Assembly: GCF_002105155.1 (NCBI RefSeq)
Contig: NW_019029003.1
Location: forward strand, 124,001-188,000
DNA from: Lobosporangium transversale
Taxonomy: Eukaryota
Length of the DNA stretch: 64,000 nt
Direction: 5' to 3'
This document shows positions 50,438-64,000 of this stretch, in pieces (within the stretch, counting starts at the first letter, position 1; every line of letters begins with the position of its first letter). A program made the position numbers and the translations under genes. The notes beneath the pieces were generated by a model. That model had not been told where the DNA came from, searched no databases, and saw only the letters and a program-made list of their open reading frames with translations.

Positions 50438-51054
50438 TCATAGACTGAGCCCTCTTTGTTCTTACACTCTTGATATGCGGATTGATTCCGTGTTGAGTAT
50501 ATTTTGTTCTGACCCTTGATCTCCTTTCTCTTACTCTCTTTAAAAATATTTATGTGGTTTTTTTTTTTTTATTATTTTATTTTTTACGAACAATCACTAT
50601 AAAAGTTCTCGAAAACCTCTTTGAGTTCTACCTGAACGTCTCTACCCTCCTTCATTCCCTCTCCTCTCCTTCATTCTCCTCTCTTTGTCTTCAAGACGCC
50701 TACAGTTTCATCCTGTCTCTCTTTCGTTTTTCTTTTTTTATACTTATTTTACTCTTCTATTCAAACTAACAGTGTATCCTTATTATTACATCAGCAGTAG
50801 TATCATTTGTGATATTAATCTTTTTAAACGATTCTGCACATCCCAGCACCTTTTATTTTGTTTGCTTTCATATACATATATATTTTTTGTTTAAAAAAAA
50901 AAAAAACGATCGTAAGCTCAGATCGTAAGCCTATATATCCACAACCCTACACTCAATATTAGAACCGGATCCCTAATAGGGACCGAGCTATAGTGGTCAA
51001 CGCCTTTATCGCTTCTCAACTTCCTTTCTTCCTTACTGCGTCCCTACTCAAGCC

Positions 51055-53673
51055 ATGCAACACCATCACCAAGTACCAGCATTCCATGCAATGCATCACC
51101 CACACCTGCAACAAGAACAGCAGTATGGACATGGAGCACCGGTTCAAGAACATGCTCAGTATCAAGGACCACAGCACCACAATGTGCCGCAACATCCACA
51201 CATGGCTCCTTCCTATCATCACCGCAACTGTTTCTTGCCTAATGGAGATACACCTGACAGCAATTCAGCTAGGTCTGTCCCTTATTCTCATTCACATTAT
51301 CAGCCACATCCACATCATGACTATGCGCCACTACCTTCACATCGCCTATCGCACCATGCGCAACAGGATTCCCAGCAAGAACAGCACCAACAGCCAAGTC
51401 ATGCAGGGCTTCATTCAACTCGCCACAATCATCATTTGGTACAGCATTCGCGTTCCTCTTCAACGTCCCCTATTGGACGTGAACAAAATAATGGTGATCC
51501 TGCAGTGGAGTCTGACGAATCGACAGTATCAGACACTGAATTAACTTTCAATAATGTTCAATGGACGCGTCAAGAGGTAAGGTTATTGTTACACATTTTA
51601 AACTCTCTATTCTTTTCCCTCCCTTTCTTAATAATAATGAGCCTCAAAAGAAAAGAGCCATTGTTTGCTTGCCGGCACAGGATTGGTTAAAAAGATGGTG
51701 GTCTGGGCGTTGGTAGTCTTTGTGATTAGACTCGCTAGATTCGTTACAGCTTTTCGATTGGTTGTGCCCAAACAAAAAAAAAAAAAAAAAAAAAAAAAAA
51801 TCACCCTAAGATTCATCCCGATCCTTGAGACCCAAAGAAATGGTGGCGTTGACATGTATTTCTTAAACACAAATGTATACATGGATGTGTAGAGAAAGGT
51901 TTTGTTTGGGGATCCTCATGGTTTTCATTGGACCCCCATTCATAATCGGATTCAACTGCTCATCTCTTCCCATCAACACTCCTACTTTTTTCCACTAGTC
52001 CCATTCCTTGGTAGGCATTTTGGTTTGGTAGATAGTCTTCTCCATTCATGCTTCCAACCTTAAAAAAACCCCTAAACTATTTCTCTCTGGATGTCCCATG
52101 TTGTTTGGAGTATTTTTATTATTTCTACCATTATTATTATTATTGTTGTTGTTTGGATAACGAATTAAATAAATAGATCTTCTCCCTTCCTCCTTTGTAA
52201 TTTTATGTCCTTGTGGACCACGATTGCACAATGGTGGTTTGAAGCAGAAGGAATGAAAGAAAAGAAGAGAGACTGGAGGGAGAAGTTATTGAAAAATACG
52301 TCTCTTTGTACTCTTTGGATTGCTTTCTTTCCACCCCTTTTCTCTTTGCTTTCTTATTCACACACAAACACAAACATACACTCCATTCCTACAATGACGA
52401 AAGTGATTTGGAGAAAAAAGGGAGAGGCAAAGAGGAATATCCCCTTTTCGTTTGGATTGTGGGAGGACGTGCGTGCGATGCGTATGTGTGCAGATGTGCG
52501 TCCATGCATGCCATCGCATAAACATGTTTGTTTACAAACATTTTTCTTCCTTTTTTTTGTTTTTTTTGTCCCGATGGGATGTGGGATAGAGTTCATGCTT
52601 GAAGTTGATGTTGCCGATGGTGATGCGGATGGTGATGGGATGTTGCTGAATTGTTTTTTTTTATGCGTCCTTCTTGTGACAAAGCGTCGAACATGCATAT
52701 ATGCGGAGTAATAGCTCTCTTTGACCTTTCTGCAGTTTCCCCTTCATTCATTCATCTTATCCCCCCAGCATCCTCTTCTTTTTCCCTCTCTCCTCCTCAT
52801 TGTTTCTCTCCCCTTGGTGTTCTTTCTCCTTCGTCTTCTTTGTCCTGTGGATTCAATAGTATTTGAAGCAATTTTGTAAATACACACTATGCTACCCGTT
52901 CTTGGCATTAGCCCCGATAACGTTACTCTTGTTCCGCTCATCTTTTTTTTTTTTTTTTTTTTTTTGTCTGTCTCATGTCTCCCATGCCATACCATTCATA
53001 CCAAAACTCGTACCCATTCATTTTGTCACACTATACACAGCAAATCATTGCTGCTATTTTTTTCATCCCCATTCATTCGCAAATCCATTCCGCGCCTCTT
53101 TATTTAGTGGCGTGGACATCACAGTCACTTTTTTTTTTTTTTTTTTTTTTTTTTTCCTTCCTCAATCTCGCCTCTCCTTTCTTTGCTTTTTTAACAAAAC
53201 TTTTTTTTTCTTGACTCTTCAAGCACATTCATACTTGCACTCATACTCGCACTCACACTCATATTCTGCTACATCCATATCTACACCCAGATAACTATTC
53301 ATTCATACACGTTCTCACTTTACTCTCGCTCTCTTTTTGCTCGCAACGTACATTCCTGTCTTCTCCTGTCCAGTCCCTTTTTTCCCCTCCTGCGTATCTC
53401 ACACCCTTTTGAAAAAAGGTTGGCTCATTGGAATGCCACGCACCAAAAAAAAAAAAAAAAAAAAAAAAAAAAACGTTGTGGTTCAATGTTTACTTCTATT
53501 ACTCGCATGCGTCTTTCCACTTCAACGACTTATATTTCGCGAGGGAGATTGGAGGAGAAAAATGACAGCCGTTAAATTGATGTTTTCGGTGTCGTTGTTC
53601 TATGTTTCTCATTCTAGAAGCTTTTATATTTTTATCAATCACTTTTATTTCGTCAACGTCTGATGTTTTGATG

Positions 53674-53705
<32 letters not shown>

Positions 53706-56326
53706 GTTACTGCCCAATACTTCCACTTCACTTTATCAATGCATTCTTTTCCCAACACTATTGCGCCTATCATTTACCCATCTTTTTTTATCTTGCTCAG
53801 TCATTTACTAATACATCTTTCAATATATCGATTGATTTATTGCTTGCTCTGACAGGATAACCTACTCCGGGAAGCTGTACTCAAGTTCAGTGGCAAGGCT
53901 TGGAAGCGTATAGCTGAATACTGTTTCCCCGACGGATCTCGAGATAAAGACCAGTGCCTTCACCGTTGGCGAATGATTTCTAAACCTAGATCAATTAAGG
54001 GCCCTTGGACTCCCGAGGTAAGAGCATATTCTTCAGCATAAATCTGTAGTTAGGACAACTTCCTTGCAGAGAGCTGATAATGTATAGTGATGAAATAAAA
54101 TAATAATAATAATAATAATAAAAAAGCCAGACTGAAGATCTGCTACTGAAATTTCAAGCTAAAGCTGATAACTAACTAATTCTTGTTCTATCGATATTTC
54201 ATATATTCCATCAAACGTTTTATCCTTAGGAGGACCGCCAGCTTCGGGCACTTGTAAACGAGTTGGGCGCTGAGAAGTGGGTTCTAATTGCCAGCCGACT
54301 GGGCTCGCGCACCGGTAAACAGTGTCGTGAGAGATGGCACAACCATCTAGATCCTACCAGTAAGTAGAGGGTACTAGACTGTTTGTTTGGCAATAGTCTG
54401 GCACAAATGCATTCATCAACTCGATAGAAGGATTTAAAGGACAGTGTGACATACTACTAAACATACTTAATGACCGTACCATTTCTTTCTTTCTTTTCTT
54501 TTCTTTCCTTCCCACAGTTGACAAGTCTCCGTTCACCGCTAAGGAAGATGAGCTAATCTTTAAGCTGTTTGAGCAATTTGGATCGAAATGGGCAGAAATG
54601 TCCAAGCTTATGCCTGGACGCCCGGATAACGCAATCAAGAATCATTTCAACACATCTATGCAACGTAAGCGTAGACGTCTCAGCTTACAGGACCCTTCAG
54701 GTATGGATATATTATAAATACTTGACTACTTAACGAAGCTATCGAACTATCTGATCAGAATTCATGTATAGTGAGTGTATTTTGCATTCTTTATTTGGTT
54801 CTGGAATTAAACTTTCTTGCTATTAAAATATATCGACACATAGAGCTCCAAGCAAAGGCTGAACAGGCAGGTGGAGCACCTTCAGCCTCCTTTTCTTCTC
54901 CAGTAGCATCTCCTACCAGCACAACAACTTCGCCTCCATCTCTTTCACGTAGACATAGGTTCGATCCATATGGTATGTCTAGTATATAGGAACTTCTATT
55001 CCGGGTCACACCACGGGATGATTACCTTACCTTCTATAGCCCTATCTCACTCACTCTTTCTCTTGTTATCTGATTAATCTTAAAGAACGACGACACTCTA
55101 TGCCTTCACTGGATCTTCCTTCAAGGACACAAAATGCAACACAGGCACAGCATGAGCAGCAGCAACAGCAACCACAACAACGAACTTTCTCATCAGAGAA
55201 TCTCAAGGATGGGACTCCATATCCTTCAACTCGAAATGTCCTTACTCCTCCTATTACCCCTGATTTCAAAGGCAGATTGCAGTTCTCTCCAGTCATGTTG
55301 AGATCATGCTCCACAGGCTCTGCGAACCGACTATCCTCAGTAGGTGGATATAAGGCTGGCCCCAACACAGGACTTCAAAGACCTAACCTTCCTGGAAGCT
55401 CTTCGATCCACAAGCCTCTTTCAAGCATCAACAACTCGTTTGTGTCTTCAACGCCAGCGGGGCCAACAAATCCCTCAACAGCACCATTGCCTTCTAATTT
55501 TCTGAGCAAAATTGGACGATCGTCCTCAGCTCTGTCCGCTTCCACTACATACAGTGATGTTTCTCCCAGCCAATCTTCAGCACAGTCGCCCTACATGCAG
55601 TATGCGGGCGATCAGGGCTATGGCTACTATCAACAAGAGCAACAGCTCCAACATTCTTTACCTGGCCGTCCCAATTTGACGAGGCATGAATCCCTGGGAC
55701 ACTACCCAAATTATCAGCATCATTCCCGTCACGGAAGCCACGATGGTCACTATTCAAGTCAACATGACTATCGCAGGCATTCTGTAGAGATGGACCCGTT
55801 TTCAGCACTCTCAGAATTAGCCAACTTGGCTGAACAGCATAGAGAAATGCGCCCTGGTACGATGGCGGCTCAGAGCAAAGCTGAAGGTGGTGATAATAGA
55901 GTGTATAGAGAAGACTATGGTCGAAGACAGGAGGAGCACAAGGACTTGGCACGGCCCTTTCCGACTTCTCTGAGCAATTTGAAGGAAGAGGAGCATGTTA
56001 CACAAGATGGTCATCGCTATGGCCACTCCGGAAGTTTTAAGGAGTGTGGACATATCCAACATTCGTACCACATCCATGAGCGGTCTGAACCCAACACGAC
56101 ATCACCGTCTACTCATGCATACTACAAGTCAGAACGACCCCCAATGAATTACTCCACATCAGATCACACTAGTTCTGACAATGGTGACACGAAGGATGAA
56201 TCACAGCGAAAATTCTCGTCGCCTGAGCCTAATTTAGCGTACTTGAACATGCGCCGTGGCTCTGTAAGGGACCTAATGGCAATTAACAACTTGTGCCTGA
56301 GTTCTGAAGAGGTTGAGCGGTGCTGA
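51055..56326 (+). CDS. Three-repeat (R1R2R3) MYB transcription factor (6 exons, ~788 aa)
   Basis: Exons 51055-51576, 53856-54017, 54230-54359, 54518-54700, 54844-54972 and 55086-56326. R1 is WTRQEDNLL...QCLHRW, R2 is KGPWTPEED...RTGKQCRERWHNHLDP and R3 is FTAKED...GSKWAEMSKLMPGRPDNAIKNHFN. Confidence 0.93.
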
Positions 56327-56370
56327 GGTCCTTATTATTATTCATACGGTGCCAGGACGATAGCGACAGA

Positions 56371-56404
<34 letters not shown>

Positions 56405-56812
56405 GTCAGTATGAAGTACTTAAGTTTGTACATATATTATTCCTCAACCTTTTCCGTCATTTTTTTGAGTATTGATGGCCATCTCATAATATACCAATAT
56501 CTCTATTTAAAGTCTCCGTTTTCTTTTTCTGTTTCTGTTTCGTTTACAAATTAACTGTAGAAAAATATTTTAATCATCAAGTAAAGCAAAAATAAAGTGC
56601 GTTTGAAGTAATAGATTTTTACAAGGTGTCAAAATGTGTAAATGTATAAATACCACGCGTCGCGTCTCTGTGTCACCATCGCACGTTGGACAGCGACTTT
56701 TTTTAATAGCCGACATCATTTCACCTCTCATTCTTTTTTTTTTTTTTTTTTTTTTCTCTCTCTCTCTTCATCTTTCATTCCTCTCTCTTTACAACTTAGC
56801 CAGAGTATAAAG

Positions 56813-58865
<2,053 letters not shown>

Positions 58866-60761
58866 TGATTGGAGAGTTTAAACTAGGCAAGCACATGTAC
58901 TCACACATTCAAAAATTATTCATTACTCCTCCTCGTTTGTAATAAAGTATAAAAATTGGGCCGTACCAGCCCCCCCCCCCCTCCCCCTCCCTCCTCTCCA
59001 TACTTCTAAATGAAGATTTGGTTGATGTTTAGAGAGCTTTATTTAAAATATGGAGTAATTCATGTAATAGAATACATTGCTTTCTTCTCTTCCTCATTGC
59101 GCTTCTGAACATATTTATAAATATATATTACAGAAATGAAGTTGAAGATACTATATGTTGGAACAGTGGTGATGGCAATGGCGAGTGATGATCAGTAACC
59201 GACTCATTATTCTTAAACTGTCGGAAATATGTTTTAGTTCTAAGTAATTAGCAGAAAATCGTGTCAGCTACGTGAAATCAACGTTGCAAACTAAACCCCT
59301 CATACTTGGGGTCCTTTCCAAATAAAAATAAAAAGTAAAAATTAGGAATAAAAATAAAAATAAAAAAAAAATGAAGTGATCTGCAGCTTTTTCTTCGATC
59401 CACCCGATCAGTTTCTCCTTAGCTTTTGCAATGCCTTATAGATAATAAATAAAGGGGATGGGGATGGGACGGTTAAATTTGGCCATATACGAATGTATAA
59501 TCATCCAGAACGAGTCGTTGCAGGTCTCTATGCAAAACACGCATATTGGAGCCAATTTTTATTAAAAAATAAATAAATAAAAATAACATAGTTACGCACT
59601 AGGGAGTTGGATATGTCGCTTGGTCTCTTATTTGATATCTTTGTCTGCCAGGTTGTTTGGTCTGTTCATGACTTTGCATCTATTCACTAGTTGTCAGAAA
59701 GTCGACAGTCTTTTTTTTTTTTTTTTTTTTTTCATTAAGTATTGATGCCTTCAAAAAGTTCGAACAGTTCAGTATAACTGTTGAATCGAGAGATTGAACA
59801 TTGTGTTGTCTTGAGAAGATCGGGGCGAGGCCCTGATTGAGCCTCTAGTTAATATATCTATTGATATTGATATTGATATTAATACAGATAACATGGCATT
59901 GTAATCTAGGTAAATGAACTGGAAAGGCTCAAATGCATTTTGTTTATCCTTCTTCCCCTGAATCTTGGATTCTGTTCCAATCGAGATCTTGTCTGACTGT
60001 GTAATTGAAGGAAAACCTGTATTTCCTTTTATTTGACTTTGTTCTTGTCATTAAAAGGAGTCAAGGGAAGGAAAGGAAAGCAGAGGAAGAAGGGAATGAT
60101 CATAATGCCCTTTGTTGATATTGGGACATTGAGGCTCACACCATTTTGGTCAAGAAGCAAAAAAAACTTCCACTATTAAGTAGAGTCAATATATCAATGC
60201 ATGGTATTTTAACAATACGCTCGCTTACTCAATAATCACGGCAAGAAAGGAAGGAAGCAGTAGGAAGCATTTTGAGCGTCTCTAAAAACGGAATCTACTC
60301 CAATAAGAAGGCGTAAATTAGAGACTGGAAGGAGGAAAACTCTGAGGGTATATCTGTTTCCTACTTTTTACTCAATCGACGTATGCCTTTGTTTAGGCCA
60401 TTACAATGCGTATGAATGAATTCTCTTCAGAGCATAATGGTGCTATTATCGGGTTGAAAAGGCCCTCAAATAGAGAAGAATATGGTAGTAACAACTTTTT
60501 ATTTCTGGTGAATGTGTTTCCTAGACCCCAGATACTATATTGCAAAGAGAGGATGGGCGACTTCTATTGATAGGTAACGGCCATAGTTACTGAGCACTCT
60601 TTCTTTGCCTCCCCTTTTACTTTTCTATTCCCCCTGCCTCTGTCTAGGTCACCGTCTTTATGATACATTCCTCGGTCAACATTCCCTATTTTATTACTGC
60701 TTCACCACTCACCGCTCTCCTATCTTCTTTTTCTGTCTCATTCGCTACACCTCTTAACCAC

Positions 60762-60792
<31 letters not shown>

Positions 60793-63427
60793 CCTTTCTT
60801 TTATCTCCCTTAATTGTCCTTTTTCATGGTGATCAATTCGATCCCAAAGCTCCCATCCATATACCCTTTTCCTTTCATTCATATACTTTTCTTTGTTGAA
60901 CTCTATACTTGGCAGCGATTGTTCTACATTTTGCTTTTGAATCGAGCTCTGCTTCCTTATTAGCATCCGAACCATTCACAATCTTTTTTTTTTTTTTTTT
61001 TTTTTTTTCCTTTAAGCACTTGTTTCTGTACGCGTTTCAATTACTTGATCCCATAATTTTTTTTTATATCGGTGGCGCGCGTCGTCGCGTTCTATCACGG
61101 CGGACTTTCAAACTCAAAAACAAGGTACGCATATGCGTGTAAAAAAGAATAAAAAAAAAAATGCACAGCCGAAATGGTCGTTCGAGCTATAATAGACAAG
61201 ACGGGATGGGATTCGACTCATTCTAATGGAAGACACGGATCAATGAATTAATGAATCAAGCAATGCATCAACAAATCTTTGAGAATTACAAAAAAAGAAA
61301 AAAGAAAGTCAATATTCATATTCTACTTCTAAATTCCCATCTTTGTCCCACCCCCTTTTTCTGTTGAGATTCTGTCCACATGTACTCGTCCATCTAAAAT
61401 AATTCTGTACCCTGCTATCCCTTAATCTGCTGGGGCTTGTAAACATCAAATCACCAACAATGAAAGAGATCAAAAAATATATATAAAAAAAATGGGGTAG
61501 TTACTTTACATGTGTGTATGGGGGACATGATTCTCGAACATTAAATGGCGAATCAGTCAGATTGCTCAAAAAAAGCTTACGAAAGAGTATAGGAGGAAAG
61601 AAAAGGATAAATGACATTTGATAAGAAAGGCAAAAGGAAGAGAAATAGAAAGGAGAGCAAGATCAAACGTCTATAACAAGGATGATGTGAGTCTAGGGCT
61701 AATTTTTATTGCGCGTTTGCGCTTTGGCGTTCGATGCCATGACAATCTAATCAACCTAAAATGCACACATGCACCATACACAGGTGATACACAGCGAGTG
61801 ATACACGCCCACACATACCCTGTGCACCATGACCCTCGCACGCAACATCAAGCCATGGACATGGCATCCGTGCTTCTGAAATCTCAATTATGTTTATTCA
61901 ATTTGATGATTACACATTATTCATGTTGGACAAGGATGCATCGACTCACAAAAAAAAAAAAAAAAACTTTATGCAACTTTAAAAAAAGAAAAAAAACGAT
62001 GTCGATTGTTTTAGTCTCTGGGTTTAATCAGTCAAAGAGTTGAATGGGGGACATTGATTGATGGTGATCCATGCGAGAGAGGCAACCCCATGGATTATGA
62101 TTCCTTGGAGTAGAGATGGGGGACCAAAAAAAAAAAAAAAAAAACCCAGTCTCTGTAATATATAATTGGCACTAGCGGTTTAGTAAATAGGGGAAATTCG
62201 ATATTCTGGAGAGAAAGGTCGTTTTTTGTAATCGCTTTCAACCTTGTTTCTATCCCTGTCTCCTCTCTCTCTTCAAAGCTCTCTCCATCTCACATTCGCT
62301 CATTCCATGACTTGATCAGCATCGTTTCGGCTGTACCAAATGAAGGATCATCCTGCGCTTAATCACGTAATTAAAACAGCATATAAAAATATTTGGTGTC
62401 GCATGTGCTATTAGTTAAGTTTGCGATGATTAACTGTCGATCACCTGTGCCTGTTGATGATATCAGTCTTTCCAACGGCCATGTCGTTGACGGAAGAAGG
62501 GGAAGGGGAACATTCATCAACAACTCGTGGAGAAGCTCTCTTTTTTTTTTTTTTTTTTTTTTTTTTGCCCAATATCATTGTCTCTTTTGCTCTTCGATAA
62601 TATTATACACCAAAAGTGATTTTACTCCTTAATGTTGCCCTCTTCCTTCCTCCTTTTTTTTTTTTAGGAGCAAACAAAAAATACAAACACCTGTGCTCTC
62701 CTTTCATGGTTGTCTTGATAGTGGTATAATTACGGTTCCGTGTTTATTTCTGCAATCTTCCTTTCAATGTACCAAAGTGACCCATTTGAGCCCTTGGTGA
62801 CGGTTATAGCCCTGCTCTTACATTTTTTACTATTGATTTGTTTTCCAGCTTTTCCCTCTCCCTCTATCTCTCTTTCATATCGTTATACACTTTACCCATA
62901 TCTTTGTTTATGGATGTGTTAATGTGTACCTTACTTTGGGTTAAACTTTTTAAGATTCTCATTATATCTGAGATTTCGACCTTCTATCTCGATTGCAATC
63001 TTCAACGACATTAAAATATGCGCCTGACAGGTGAACAATGGCATGGACTTGGTGTGGGGTCATCATTTGTCATCCTCTGTTTTCCCCTAAACGCGTTGCC
63101 AATCTTATTTTAATTATTATTTCTCTTTCTGTTTTGAATTGAATAGGGTTGAAAGACAATCATAAGCAACAATAACCAGAACAGCGGTTGGGGGAGTAGG
63201 ACAAGTTTCTCGAGCTAGATCTTGCATCACACAAACACTCAAACACACACAAACACAGCACACAACAATCATAAACACCCACAAGTATAAAAAGGGAAGA
63301 GAGTAAACGTTCTAATAACGAACTTCGCATCACATTGCATCGCGCCTCCCAAAATCTATTCGCTTACCTCCGAGAAAAAAAAGAGAGGATAGGAGGTTGC
63401 AAAAGAAACTTTAGTGAAGAAAGAGCG

Positions 63428-63458
<31 letters not shown>

Positions 63459-63462
<4 letters not shown>

Positions 63463-64000
63463 CCTCCTTGTTTGCCAGCTGGAGCAGCCGACACTCCAGA
63501 CCATCTTCGCACCTTTCCAATGCTGATTCCACAGCAACACGAACTTCTCGTCCCTTTGGTGCACTTCCTCTTGACCATCCCCGATCCACCCCTCTTCCTT
63601 CTTTTCCTCCTTCCTCTTCTTCATCTTCTCATTCCATTTCACTGTATCCTCTTTTGGGACAACCACAAGGTTCATACAAGTCTTCTACGCAGCCAGTCCA
63701 ATCCAACGACACCCGTCGCCTCTCTCGCGCGTCAACTATATCCTCATTCTCATCCACAACTCCTCCGAAGAGGCCAGCCCCTCCTCCCCCTCGTCCCACC
63801 ACCACTTACTCTGCTTTGTCCTCACCTTCCCCATTTGCAACATCTACCGAAAGAAGTCTTCGTTCTTCGCACGAAACATCTACTTATTCACAATCTTCGA
63901 ACCCTCCCTTGGCCCCTGTCCACTCTTCGTCCTTATCCTCCACCTCTACTTCCACGCGGCGAGTCCGCGCATGGACGTCTGTTGACATCTCTACAGCACA
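63459..64000 (+). CDS. 5' part of a Ser/Pro-rich protein, truncated by the window end
   Basis: ATG after an A-tract (MPSLFASWSSRHSRPSS...). The frame is open for 180 codons to the window edge. Confidence 0.7.

Overview
Intron-rich eukaryotic genomic DNA. It looks fungal, probably an early-diverging Mortierellaceae-type fungus; this is inferred from gene content, a lineage-typical ubiquitin-like N-terminal domain and pervasive 20-30 nt A/T homopolymers. I reconstructed spliced models by hand for 15 complete genes and the 5' end of one more. Recognisable genes are CDC42 (with a GC-AG intron and a 17-nt microexon), PDA1, KRI1, a TRP/FLC-family membrane protein, a RhoGAP, a two-fasciclin protein, signal peptide peptidase, a three-repeat MYB factor and a WD40 protein. 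The most unusual stretch is 5.3-8.1 kb, around a tRNA-Glu(TTC) gene. Upstream lies a 5'-truncated, frame-intact RNase H/CCHC non-LTR retrotransposon whose 5' end faces the tRNA about 115 bp away. Downstream lies a MITE inserted in poly(T), carrying a nested poly(A)-tailed fragment with the same GTTATC(A)n end as the LINE. Splicing also reveals features the ORF track misses: a divergent winged-helix domain, a small Cys/His-motif protein and a stand-alone Mortierella-type ubiquitin-like domain. MYB (AACCGTTA) and CDE-CHR-like promoter motifs hint at animal/plant-style cell-cycle regulation. All calls come from visual inspection; no database search was run.
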